This document shows positions 25,730-38,240 of a DNA stretch of 64,000 nt, piece by piece; the stretch's first letter is position 1, and each line of letters begins with the position of its first letter. Both the position numbers and the translations under genes were made by a program. The notes under the pieces were generated by a model. It was not told where the DNA came from. It worked only from the letters and a program-made list of their open reading frames with translations, and made no database searches. Origin of the DNA: Octopus vulgaris (lineage: Eukaryota). The stretch covers positions 31,806,001-31,870,000 of the forward strand of contig OX597838.1 in NCBI GenBank assembly GCA_951406725.2, in the 5' to 3' direction.

Positions 25730-26199
25730 CTTCGATTTAGATTCCTAACTACTCCCACATTTTGCGGTGCAGTTTAACCAAATTCGGGTATCTTATAGTC
25801 GTGATTCATATCGAGCCCGTCTGAGTATTAGCGCGCGTCTACGATGAGTCTACGATTTTAAAAATAATTTAACATCATTTTTTATTCCATTTTAATGCAT
25901 AATTTTTCGTGTGCCGATGGCGGCGGAGTTGGCGTCCATGGTCACAGCTGCACCTGTTTGCTTCTCCCCCTTCCCTCCCTCGTGAAGCTGTGGGGAAGGG
26001 AGTGTAAGGAAATCAACGTCGTAAAGCGTTGTCAAGGAGACCAGCGTTCTTTTAGAACAACGACTTCATGGCTTGAAGACACCAAAACAGAAATGGCTAA
26101 GAAAGCCCGAATTGGCATCTATAAGGGAAGTAACTCTCTAAAAATGCTTATATAGTTATTTCCCTTACAAACCCGAGCAACGCCGGGCGATACTGCTAG
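25730..26199 (+). mobile_element. Non-autonomous Helitron (family E), 5' end missing
   Basis: 3' hairpin CCCGAGCAACGCCGGG then CTAG|T; body shared with 31785 and 46859 copies. Confidence 0.8.
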
Positions 26200-26441
26200 T
26201 ATATATATATAGTTCAAATTTACAGAAAACAAAAGACGAAGACAGGTGAGGGAACAACAGGCAGGAGAATTAGTTTGTGCTTGAGAAGAATGGAAAAGAC
26301 TTTGATATTTCGAGCCTATGATCTTTAACAGAACGGATTGAGAGGAAAAAAATTGAGAGAGAGAGAAAAATAAATATGTAGGGATTAATGGTTTAACAAA
26401 TTGTGTGTGTGTATATGTTTCCATATAATTACATATGTATG

Positions 26442-26474
<33 letters not shown>

Positions 26475-26558
26475 GCATATAATTATGTGTGTTTGAGTAT
26501 TAACATACATACATACATGATGGAGATGTGTAAATATATTTGCAAATAATTATATATG

Positions 26559-26604
<46 letters not shown>

Positions 26605-26607
<3 letters not shown>

Positions 26608-26800
26608 TGATGATCATCATTTAACATCCGTGTTCCATGCTGGCATGAGTTGGATGGTTTCACAGGATCTGATGTGTCCAAGGACTGCACCAGGTTCCAT
26701 TGTCTGTTTTGACATTGTTTTTACACCTGGATGCCCTTCCTAGTGCTGACCACATTACAACATGGACTGGGCACTTTTTGTCCCCACCACCTGCACTATT
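26605..26800 (-). mobile_element. Diverged family B fragment
   Basis: CATCATTTAACATCC..TTCCATGCTGGCATG..GGATGCCCTTCCTA. Confidence 0.65.
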
Positions 26801-28234
26801 TTGGTCACCTGTGGGAGATGGGGTGGGTCAGGTTCATGCTAGGAGAATTACTATGAAAGAGTGGAGCAGAGCAGGTTTTTGCAGAGGGATCTGAAAGGCT
26901 ACTCACATCTAGTGGGGTCAAGAAGAGAGGGGAGAGGAAGAAAAAAGATCAACACACACACACTTTACAGAATATGCTGGGTACACTTACTGTGATACCA
27001 ATTCTATCCACACATGCACATACACATATATCATTATCATCCTTTAACATCCATTGTCCATGCTGGCATGGGTTGGATGGTTTGACTAGGCTGGTAAGCT
27101 AGAAGGCTGCACCAGTCCTGCTTTGGTTGCTAAACTTCAATTCCCTCTCACCATAAATACGCTGTTTCTTTATGTCTATTCTATAAATACTTCCATGGTT
27201 ATTCTTCAGATCATAGGCAAGTTCATCGCAGGAGAGTTCACCGCCATTAATTCACCATGAGGAAAGTTTACTGAGAAAATATATCCACAGTCTCACACTA
27301 TTTTTAGTTAAAAACTAATTTATTGAAAAAAAAAAAAAACCCAAAAAACAACAACCAAAGTAATGGAAATCAAAACATGCAATCAGGGATTGCAGTGAGC
27401 CTTCATTAGTGAATTGATGATGGTGGACATACCAGACATACATTCTTCAACCAAACTTCCTTCTCTTGTCTCTCTTCTAAATATTACTAACCAAGTGACC
27501 CATATTTCTATCAATTCTCACCCTTTCATTGTTGTTGTCCCCTGTCAATTCCAGCAAATATCAGTTCTTTTGGAATTCTCTACCTTCTTCCTGTTACCCC
27601 TGATAGATTACAATCTAAAATTGCCTTTTTTTAGGGTAGCTTTACAATGGGTTCCTATTTTCCCTTTTTGTTTTGTAACTCCACACAAAGAGGTGTCTTG
27701 AGGGCTCTTTTTTACCTTTTTTTCCCTACTTTGTTGAGAATGACCCCTGAAAAAAAAAAGAAAAAAGGGTAAAAAATAACATTTAAAAATGTTAAGTTTT
27801 TGATTGGGATTTGCATTTGAAGAAAAGAAAATCAGTTGGTCTCACTCAGTGGAACCTTTCACTTGAGAAGAATTCCATTAAAGGCAATATCAAGATGGAA
27901 TGGAATTAGACATGGCAGGGCTACAATGACTAGGAATAATAATAATAATAATATATTCATTGGGAAAAACTGCTCTTGTATGAGAAAAGACTGTTTGGGT
28001 TATTAAAATTACTGAATAAAGTATGTGAATAAATTGTAAATGTAACATTAAAAATGCATGTTTATCATGGAATGGTGTGAAGTAGAAAGTTCTTATGAGG
28101 GGAAAGAATCTGGTGAAAATTTTTTGTGAATGGGGAGAAGGGTGGAATTATGGAATGGTATGTAAAGAATTAAATATGCATAGGATTAACTTGTAAGCAA
28201 AATAGATTTGTATTCCACAGATGTGTGCGCGCAT

Positions 28235-28235
<1 letters not shown>

Positions 28236-28282
<47 letters not shown>

Positions 28283-28470
28283 GGAGGTATGTAAGTATAT
28301 TTGTATGTAAACGTCTGTAAGTGTGTGCCTACCTATGTATAAATGTGTGTGTGTGTGTGTGTGTGTATGTGTGTGTGCATGTGTGTGTGTGTGTGTGTGT
28401 GTGCATGTGTGTGTGTGTGTGCATGTGTGTGTGCATGTGTGTATGTGTGTGCATGTGTGTGTGTGTGTAT
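28236..28470. repeat. (CA)n and (GT)n microsatellites in inverted arrangement
   Basis: Direct inspection. Confidence 0.9.
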
Positions 28471-29342
28471 TTTGTTTGTACAAACATCTGTAGGACTGAC
28501 CTTATTGTTTATGAATATACTGCACATATGCACTAGGATATTTACACCTGTTGCAGCTGAAACTGCATCGGACAGCATACTGCTGCAGCTGCAGGCTATC
28601 TCAGCAACAGTAACAGGCTTCGGTTGCTGTTAAACAACATAGCTGTGTGTGTGTGAGTGTGTGGGGAGGGACGTACAGCCTGTTCTATTGCGTGGACATA
28701 AACCGTAGTAAAGCAACATTATGCAAGGGTGTCATATCTTAGCACAAGCACAAGGGGTGGTGGTTATTGTTTAGCTCCCAGGTCAATCCTGATCCAGCAG
28801 ATATATAATCAAAGATGTTCCTGTTATGACCATTCCATTTATTATTCTTATGTAGTATGTTTAGAGTGTTTTTACCTTTTTAAGACAGCAGAGTGTGTGA
28901 ATTGAGGGACAGTTGAATGACAAAATGGGAGACATACACGAGAGAAGTATATCCTAACTGAGATTATTTTTACCCAGATTGGATGTATAGAAGAGAATAT
29001 TGACATTTACTGAGATTTGATGTCAGAATTTAAAAAAGGATTTGACTAAAATACCTAGGTAATGGTTTTGACAATGTTATGTAATACCTGGGTATGTAGT
29101 CTAATGCTTTACTATACACCTGGGTATTAATTATTGTTGAATACCTGGATATTTATTTTGGGTCTTTACTGCATCTGCCACTTGTATTGCCTCCAGCAAT
29201 CTTATGTAACACCTGGGGTATCTGGTCTATTATTTTAATGTATTTACCATTAATATTGTCTTCAACAATGTGATTTAATCTCTCAGAAGTCTACAGACTC
29301 ATTAGGTTAATTAGTGTTTATCCTATTTTCTGAGCTATTTAA

Positions 29343-29563
29343 CCCTTAAGCATTTAAACAGGCCATATCCAGTCCAAATCTTTTGCCTGTTTTATATTCA
29401 AACCAGCCAGCTCCAGCCTCTCATACTTAGCCTACAATGTCATTTTAAAAATAAAACAATCACATCATCAAAATCTTATGGCTTTGAGATAATGCAGGAT
29501 AAATTCAAAACAATTTGAATAAATAAGGATTACTTTTGACCGAGTAATGTGAATGCTAAGGGG
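29343..29563. mobile_element. TTAA MITE family D (opposite orientation)
   Basis: TTAA-CCCTTAAGCATT ... AATGCTAAGGGG-TTAA. Confidence 0.82.
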
Positions 29564-30156
29564 TTAAGTCTTGGAAAGTATAAGACTTATCCCTAGCTAC
29601 TGCTGTCACTCATTTTCAACTAAAGGGATTGGAGTAATGGGAAATGAAGCGTCTTGCTCAAGGACATAGGTCACTACCTAATTCAAGAATCCTACCCATG
29701 GGATTATAATCATGAGCTTAATCCACTTAGGCTATACACCTTCATTATAATTTATAAGCTTCCTAAAACATAAACGTGTTAGCCAAACATTTTGGTATAT
29801 GTGAATATATATATTGGTTTGAAACACCTTTAGAGGATGGTGGACCTACAAGTACGATGCTGGGTTATTAGATTGTCTGTCTTGGGGAGGGCCAGGGACC
29901 TATGACCTTTGAATGGTAACTACAGTAGGACAGGGTAAAATATCTTGTGTAAGGACTTTGGGAGTTGAGACCCTTCAAAGGTTGTTGGGAAAGAAAGAGC
30001 TGGATGGCTTATGTTGGCCTGAGTGAAGGGGATTTTGTCGGAGAAGTAGTTGAGTGGAGCAGAGGCTGTTGTAGGAGTGCTAATAGCAGAGGCAGTGAGA
30101 AGAAACAAACATATTTGTGAGGGAGTGGTTGTCACCTATTGGTGATTGAACTATTG

Positions 30157-30326
30157 CGTTACGTTGTGAGTTCGAATTCCGCCAAGGTCGACTTTGCCTT
30201 TCATCCTTTCGGGGTTGATAAATTAAGTACCAGTTACGCACTTGGGTCGATGTAATCGACTTAATACCTATGTCTGTCCTTGTTTGTCCCCTCTGTGTTT
30301 AGCCCCTTGTGATTAATAAAGAAATA
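30157..30326 (+). mobile_element. 5'-truncated SINE family C
   Basis: GAGTTCGAATTCCGCCAAGGTCGAC...AATAAAGAAATA; flanked by a 30-nt imperfect direct repeat. Confidence 0.85.
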
Positions 30327-30603
30327 GGTTGTAACTTATTGTTGATTGAATTATTGATAATCAATTGAATGGCTTCCTTTTGGGTTTGATCTTGGATATT
30401 TGTATTTGTAAAACCAGAATTGTTTTTAGACAAGTGAATGATATATGCATGTGTTTAAGATATCTGGATTATAACCTGTAATGTTGTAGTGGGCAGTAAT
30501 AACAGCCTCTAATCATAATTTTCTCATACTGAAATGTTTAATTGACAAACTCCCCCGCCCCCAAGTTACTGGCCTCACACCAATATTTGAAGCCATTATT
30601 ATT

Positions 30604-31080
30604 AAGGTCAGCAGAAGGGTGAGCAGAATTGTTTGAGCACCAGACAAATGTTTAGTGGCATTTCCTCCAGTTTTCTTTTTTGCCCTCCGAGTTCAAATAC
30701 CACTATGGCTAACTTTACCTTTCATCCTTTCATGGGTTAATAAAATAAAAGTACCAGTCAGATATTGGGGTTGATGGCACGTTAAAAGCACCAACCGATC
30801 GTAGCCGATGCCAGACCCCCCTAGCACCTGTGCATGTGGCACGTAAAAAGCACCCACTACACTCGTGGAGTCGTTGGCGTTAGGAAGGGCATCCAGCTGT
30901 AGAAACACTGCCAGATCAGACTGGAGCCTGGTGCAGCCCTGGCTTCCCAGACCCCGGTCGAACCGTCCAACCCGTGCTAGCGCGGAAAACGGACGTTAAA
31001 CGATGATGATGATGATGTAATCAACTTGCCCTGGTTCCTTCAAAACTGGCAGCCTTCTGCCAAATTAGTAAGAATTATTA
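30604..31080 (+). mobile_element. Old SINE C interrupted by a family B 3' end (30775-31017)
   Basis: SINE halves rejoin as GGGGTTGATG|TAATCAAC. Confidence 0.8.
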
Positions 31081-31106
31081 TTGTTGTTGTTATTGTAACC
31101 ATGTGA

Positions 31107-31440
31107 AGGCACATGGCTCAGTGGTTAGAACATTGGGCTCACAATGAGGTAGTGAGTTTAATTCCCAGGCCAGGTTGTATGTTGTGTTCTTGAGCAAAGT
31201 GCTTTATTTCATGTTGCTCCTGTTCACTCAGCTGTAGAAATGAGTTGTGACATCACTGGTGCCAAGCTGTATCGACCTTTGCCTTTCCCTTGGACAACAT
31301 CAGTGGCATGGAGAGGGAGAGGCTGGCATGCATGAGTGACTGCTGGTTTTCCATAAACAACCTTGCCCAGACTTGTGCCTCAGAGGGGCACTTTCTAGGT
31401 GCAATCCCATGGTCATTCATGACCGAAGGGGACCTTTACT
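31107..31440 (+). mobile_element. SINE family G
   Basis: Colinear with 13449-13790. Confidence 0.83.
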
Positions 31441-31784
31441 CTTGAGGTTGTACCAAATCTAGATACTTTTTGTTTTTGTCAAAATACCTTTTTGGGATTA
31501 ACTGCTGTAAGCTACCACCAATAAATCTATCCCATAGTTTCAGGGTGGGTGCTAATCTATTGATAGTGGATATCAATGTTAATTCACACCCACTGTAGTT
31601 ATACACTGAGATTAATACCCACCTGGTGTATGGATGTATAACTTCAATAGGAATTTAATATTAATATTGTGCAAGCAAAATATCCTAGATGGAAACTCTT
31701 CATATAATAATCTGTCTGTCTGTCTCTCTTTTCCCCCTCTCTGTCACGCACACATACACACACACTTTAACTCACCCAGTACAA

Positions 31785-32164
31785 TCTTTATATATAAAAG
31801 AGAGGTTGTGTGCAGTCTGTCTCCTACGATTTAGATTCCTAACTACTCCCACATTTTGCGGTGCAACTATCTTATAGTCGTGATTCATATCGAGCCCTTC
31901 TGGGTATTAGCGCGCATCTACGATGAGTCTACGATTTCAAAAAAAATTTACCATCAATTTTTCCCATTTTTAATGCATTTTTGGCATATATAAGGGAAGT
32001 AACTCTCTAAAAATTTATTATTAAATCTCAGAATGTAAAAAGCTACAGTAACCCCCCCCTTTGTGGTTAGCCATATTGAGATGGCTATTATACTTTACAT
32101 CTCTAAAAATGCTTATATAGTTATTTCCCTTACAAACCCGAGCAACGCCGGGCGATACTGCTAG
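31785..32164 (+). mobile_element. Non-autonomous Helitron (family E), complete
   Basis: A|TC...hairpin CCCGAGCAACGCCGGG...CTAG|T; no TSD. Confidence 0.9.
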
Positions 32165-32202
32165 TATGTTATAAAACTGTTTCCCATTTCTTGTTCCCCT
32201 AG

Positions 32203-32263
32203 TATCCAAGCAATGTTGAACATCAACGGAATGGTATGTCGAGCTTTACAGAGTATTTCCCAG
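32203..32263 (+). CDS. BLTP2: BLTP2 exon 3: (S)IQAMLNINGMVCRALQSISQ
   Basis: ttcttgttcccctag|T ... CAG|gtaagt; phase 2->0; 61 nt. Confidence 0.88.
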
Positions 32264-32805
32264 GTAAGTAAGAACCAACTAGTTGGTCATTTGTTACATC
32301 TTGTTATTTCATTACTGATGAATAAATCATTGGTCCTTTAACAGAATGATATTAAGAAACAACAGATTTCTTGGTTCTCATTCCACCCTAAACAGTCCCT
32401 CTATGACTGTGTTTAGGGTTTCACTTCATAATTTCATGCCTTTAAGTTTAATTTCACTGCATGACATGTCAGGCAATTGTCTCCTGCTAACCATAGCCTC
32501 AGGTTGATTAATATTGTGCAAGTAAAATATCCTAGGTGGGAACACTTCATATATATGCAAGTGTGTGTGTGTGGAGAGATAGAGAGAAGGAGAGGTCAGC
32601 TATGGTTCATAAACCAGAAAGAAAAGGAGCACTCGCTATACAAAACAGAAAATATTGCTTTATATAATGACCAAATGAACAAGCATACTACGTAACTATT
32701 AATTTCATATAGGTCTAAGGAAAATTAGGCGAAACTAATAGTTATGTAATATATATGTTTATTCACACACACACACACACACAGACAGATATATATTTTC
32801 TGTTA

Positions 32806-33600
32806 TGCTAAGAAGTGGTGCACAATACCAAAAGTCAAATATGACGAAGAACTCTAAATCATTGTCAGGGTATCTATAAAAGTGAACTCAAGACCAGCCA
32901 GTTTGAACTGGCATCAAGTCGTATTAGTTGTAATAAGGATGTCAAACCAAATAGTGATATTTTGAAATCATTTAATACATATAGGTGCAGGCGTGGCTGT
33001 GTGGTAAGAAGCTTGCTTCCCAACCACATGGCTCCAGGTTCAGTCCCACTGTGAGGCACCTTGTGCAAGTGTCTTCTGCTATAGCCTTGGGCCAATCAAA
33101 GCCTTGTGAGTGGATTTGGTAGCCGGAAACTGAGAGAAGCCTGTTGTGTGTGTGTATGTGTGTGTGTGAGAGAGAGAGAGAGAGAGTATTTATGTGTCTT
33201 TGTGTCTGTGTTTGTCCCCACCACCATCACTTGACAACTGATGCTGGTATGTTTACGTCCCCATAACTTGCTGGTTCGGCAAGAGAACCGATAGAATAAG
33301 GCTTTTAAAAAAATAAGTTCTGGAGTTGATTTCTTTGACTGCAAGGTGGTGCTCTAGTATGGCCAGAGTCAAACACCTGAAGCAAATAAAAGAATATGCT
33401 TCAGGTTTGCCTAATATATGATTGGAAATACATCCATTACACAGACCTTCTTCAGTTGAAGCATTTCAAATTGCAAAATATTTTGAAATGCTTTAACTGG
33501 GGGAGGTCTATGTAATGGATGAATTTTACATTAGGCAGACATGTGAAGTATTAAATGATTTCAAAATATCGCTATTTGGTTTGACTTCATTGTTACAACC
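32806..33600. mobile_element. Palindromic (foldback-like) repeat interrupted by a SINE A (+, 32983-33393)
   Basis: Long inverted arms centred near 33475; related copy at 42005-42297. Confidence 0.7.
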
Positions 33601-34063
33601 GTGTGTGTGTGTGTGTGTGTGTGTTACGAACAGATCTGGGGTACCAAACTGTTAATCTTTAATTAACAAAGTTAACATTTTCATTAACAATTTAACTTTT
33701 AAGTTAACTTTGGAAATTATTATCGGACTAATTAACTTCTGTTACATTTAACTTCCATTACTTCAAGTCCACTTAAATTAACTTCCATTAACTCAAGTTG
33801 CTGTGACGATCTTTAGACTCAAGAACCTGAAGTCCAAGCTTCGTCTACTGCAGCCTCTTGGTCAATGGGCTTTTGGCAGGTGTTGACAAAAGGTTTAGGA
33901 CCCTCCTAGGAGATAAGGAATAATATCCACCCCAGGTTTCACCTCCTCTGGGTGGATAAGTATGACAACACCAAAGTTGCCAATGTGAGGATTGCCATGC
34001 TTTTATGTTCACGTCCACAGTCACACCGTCTCACTCTGGAATGTGTTTGACTTTCTCTCGCAG

Positions 34064-34147
34064 GAAGAAGATTCCCCGTGTTTGGCCGAAATTGCTATTG
34101 GAACCTACTTCGATATATCTGTTGCAAGGAACCTCAAGTCTGTAAAG
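34064..34147 (+). CDS. BLTP2: BLTP2 exon 4: EEDSPCLAEIAIGTYFDISVARNLKSVK
   Basis: ctttctctcgcag|GAA ... AAG|gtaagg; phase 0->0; 84 nt. Confidence 0.9.
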
Positions 34148-34291
34148 GTAAGGGTTAAACTTGCATCATCATCATTATCACCATCATCACCACCATCATC
34201 ATCACCATTGTCGTCATCATTCATTATCACCATCATCACCACCATCATCATCACCATTGTCGTCATCATCACCACCATGACTGTTAGTATT

Positions 34292-34517
34292 ACCTATTTC
34301 TTTACTACCCACAAGGGGCTAAACACAGAGAGGACAGACAAATGGATTAAGTCGATTACATCGACCCCAGTGTGTAACTGGTACTTAATTTATCGACCCT
34401 GAAAGGATGAAAGGCAAAGTCGACCTCGGCGGAATTCGAACTCAGAACGTAGCGGCAGTTGAAATACCGCTGAGCATTTCGCCCGGCACGCTAACGTTTC
34501 TGCCAGCTCACCGCCTT
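34292..34517 (-). mobile_element. SINE family C
   Basis: Full length; flanking duplication TTAGTATTACC. Confidence 0.88.
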
Positions 34518-34756
34518 AGTATTACCATCATCACTATGACTGCATGCATGATTATGATAATGTTCATCATCATCATCATTATCACTTTATGTCTGCTTTT
34601 CTATGCTGGTATGAGTTAGAAAGGTTTTCTAAACATTCTACTATCAGCTGCTCCTTTTTGTCCTCAATTCTTTCAGTTGTCTCTCATGACATGCAAGGAC
34701 CTAAAACTGGGAGACATTCAATAATGCTGATCTGAGGTCGAAACTGAAATAATTAC

Positions 34757-35175
34757 TAGTTGTTGTTGTTGTTTAGCCCTGGGTACTACATGTTCCAGTT
34801 ATGACCATCCAGTATATTATTTAGACGTTGTATATCTAGGACTACAATATCTAATGTGTCCCTCCCTGTTGTTGTTGATTAATCCCAGGACAGTCGTGAT
34901 CTAGCAGACAAAAGATTAAAGACATTTCAACCATCATCATTTTGTCTCTTTCTGATGCATAGTGTACCTGGGACTGCAATATCCAATGTGTCTGTTCTTG
35001 TTTTTGTTGTAGCAGTCAACTTTAAGATCCTTATGCAACAAAGCTGGTTTCACATATATAAAATTTCAGGTGTGACCAGAACCAGTAGACCTCAATTCAA
35101 AGGTGTTCTAACCATGACCATCCCGTTTTACTCTGTAGGACCACTTTATTCAATATATCCACCTGTTTCTTTTTT
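34757..35175 (+). repeat. Clustered fragments of an old dispersed repeat (family H)
   Basis: GTTGTTTAGCCC..ATGACCATCC..CTAGGACTAC..ATCCAATGTGTC motif, also near 9380, 9800, 17440, 19760, 21540, 28760, 58600, 63540. Confidence 0.55.
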
Positions 35176-35186
35176 TAAAAAATGGT

Positions 35187-35593
35187 AGGTGCAGGAGTGG
35201 CTGTGTGGTAAGTAGCTTGTTTACCAACCACATGGTTCCGGGTTCACTCCCACTGCATGGCACCTTGGGCAAGTGTCTTCTACTATAGCCTCGGGCTGAC
35301 CAAAGCCTTGTGAGTGGATTTGGTAGACGGAAACTGAAAGAAGCCCGTCGTATATATGTTTATATATATATATGCGTGTGTGTGTTTGTGTGTCTGTGTT
35401 TGTCCCCCTAGTATTGCTTGACAACCGATGCTGGTGTGTTTATGTCCCCGTTACTTAGCGGTTCGGCAAAAGAGACCGTTAGAATAAGTACTGGGCTTAC
35501 CAAAGAATAAGTGCCGGGGTCGAGTTGCTCGATTAAAGGCGGTGCTCCAGCATGGCCGCAGTCAAATGACTGAAACAAGTAAAAGAGTAAGAG
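35187..35593 (+). mobile_element. SINE family A
   Basis: Near consensus. Confidence 0.88.
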
Positions 35594-36147
35594 ATATAAT
35601 CTGAGAGTGATTTGGCTACAATGTCTAGCAGGTCAAGCAAGCAAATAGTAGCTTCCTTCATCGGTTTCCAGAATGAAATAAACCTACATGGAAATGACCT
35701 GTCAGATATCTGCTGTCTGCTTTAAATCTTATTTCTGAACCATTTATGAAATGAAATGTCGAGGATGATAATTGTATCAACCATTAAAGAGATTTATTAC
35801 AACAGAATTTAACGAGATCCTTTAATGACAAAACTACTTTCAGCGTTCTGTTATGGTTTAATGGAATTTTATTGTATATCAAAGTCTCTTTTCTTCTGCA
35901 GCTACATGTGAAAATGGTTGATGGTATTAAGCAATAAGTTTAATGCCAGGAGAAGCAGATTGTCAAAACCTGTCCGCACACTTGTCTACAAAGCCAATTT
36001 GACAGCTATTTGATAATACAGGCGAAAATTAAGACTTTGTCGACGTTGTCATGCTTTACTAATTTTTCCATAAATCCATTTTCTGTGTGAGAAATTGGAT
36101 TGCATTTGGCTTGAGGCAAAGAATGGAAATAATTCTACAATATAGCC

Positions 36148-36650
36148 TGATGGTGGTGGTGATGATGATGATGATGATGGTGTTGGTGAGAGTGGAGGTG
36201 ATGAAGGTAGTAATGATTGTGTGGTGGTGGTGGTGATGATGATGGTGGTGGTGGTGATGGTTATGATGGTGGTGGTGAGAGTGGAGGTGATGAAGGTAGT
36301 AATGATGATGGTGGTGGTGATGATGATGGTGGTGGTGGTGCTGGTTATGATGGTGGTGGTGAGAGTGGAGGTGATGAATGTAGTAATGATGGTGGTGGTG
36401 ATGATGATGATGATGATGTTGGTGAGAGTGGAGGTGATGAAGATAGTAATGATTGTGGTGGTGGTGATGATGATGGTGGTGGTGGTGATGGTTATGATGG
36501 TGGTGGTGAGAGTGGAGGTGATGAAGGTAGTAATGATTGTGATGGTGGTGGTGGTGATGATGATGGTGGTGGTGGTGGTTATGATGGTGGTGGGGAGAGT
36601 GGAGGTGATGAAGGTAGTAATGATTGTGGTGGCGGTGGTGTTGGTGGTTT
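36148..36650. repeat. GGT/GAT-rich minisatellite, 6 units of ~63-89 nt
   Basis: Core GGTGAGAGTGGAGGTGATGAAGGTAGTAATGAT recurs 6 times. Confidence 0.9.
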
Positions 36651-37626
36651 AACTCCAGGTCAGTCCTGATGGAGTAAGACTATGCTAGCGGAGGTGGAGA
36701 TGATGGTGGTCATAACAGTGATGATGATGATAGTGATGCTGGTGAAGGCAATGTTCAGGACAGTGGTAGTGGTGGAAGTGGCAATGGTAGTTATAATGAT
36801 GATGATGATGATGATGATGATGGTGGTGCTAGTGATGGGAACATAAAACTACTTGTTATTGAAGTTGCAAGACAGTCATATAAATTTCAATCAATTTCTT
36901 TCCCATATCAACAGTAATTGAACAATATTCAATTAAGGGGGGTTTTTTTTTGTTTGTTTTTGTTTTATATTGCAAATAGAATTGATCACAGCAAATTGAT
37001 AAAATGAACAAGGAGAATTGAAGACGAAAGAAATGGAAAGAGTAGCCATGTGGGTTGGAATCATTGCTGCTGATGCTGTTGTTGTTGTTATTGTTGTTAT
37101 TGGTGGTTGTGGTGGTGGTGGTGGTGGGGAAAAGCCCCAGTCATCTTGGCTGGAGCAGAAGACCTGTGACACTGAGGATATTTGATTGATTGTTTGTGTG
37201 AAAACGTACAACATAATTTATTTAACCATGTACAACCACATTGCATTCAGCTCACAAGCAAGATGGTGGTTGTGGTGATGACGATGACGACGATGATGAC
37301 GATGATGATGATGATTGCTCTTGGCTTTTGAATATTGTAAACTAACTTAAACCGATTGTGTACTTATGCATTAAAACCGCATACTCCCTGCTCCCCTCTT
37401 TGTCGAACAATTCAACAAAGAGGCCTTTACAGGAATCCAGGACTTGCTAGAAATAACAGAAAATTTCCCACTTATCATACCTTATTATGTGAATAAAGAG
37501 TTTTTTTTTTTCCAGTTATATTTTACCCAGGACTACATCATCATCATCATCAGTTAATGAAAAATTGACCTTTGATAATGACGCCGCCACCGCCGACGTC
37601 GTCGTAGTAGTCCTGGATAAAATATA

Positions 37627-37839
37627 ACTCTTTTACTCTTTTACTTGTTTCAGTCATTTGACTGCAGCCATGCTGGAGCACCGCCTTTAATCGAGCAAAT
37701 CGACCCCCGGGACTTATTCTTTGTAAGCCCAGTACTTATTCTATCGGTCTCTTTTGCCGAACTGCTAAGTTACGGGGACGTAAACACACCAGCATTGGTT
37801 GTCAAGCGATGTTGGGAGGACAAACACAGACACACACAA

Positions 37840-37882
<43 letters not shown>

Positions 37883-38046
37883 CGACGGGCTTCTTTCAGT
37901 TTCCGTCTACCAAATCCACTCACAAGGCTTTGGTCAGCCCGAGTCTATAGCGGAAGACACTTGCCCAAGGTGCCACGCAGTGGGACTGAACCCGGAACCA
38001 TGTGGTTCATAAGCAAGCTACTTACCACACAACCACTCCTACGCCT
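37627..38046 (-). mobile_element. SINE family A
   Basis: Near consensus. Confidence 0.88.
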
Positions 38047-38240
38047 ATTGTGGACAAAAAAGGCAAAAAAGAAGGTAGGCTGGTCCAAATTGAATTGTTT
38101 TTTGGTCATCAGTCTGCTTGGACACATTTGACCAGAAACAGCTAAATACATAGAGACACCATCTGAAATTCTGTTAAACCTGATAATCATATTGTACAGA
38201 ATGATTTTAGAGTCTCTTTAGAATTGTTGAGACATGTTAA

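Noticed and set aside
29800-30140. Possible L2/CR1 LINE fragment (NYFSDKI) on - strand
   Set aside because: A single short motif; too degraded to support
35902-35923. Candidate exon LHVKMVD after a good acceptor
   Set aside because: Weak donor; 39015-39060 fits the expected length and phase better
36217-36669. Gly/Asp-rich 150-aa ORF
   Set aside because: Triplet-built minisatellite with no splice signals and no place in the BLTP2 alignment
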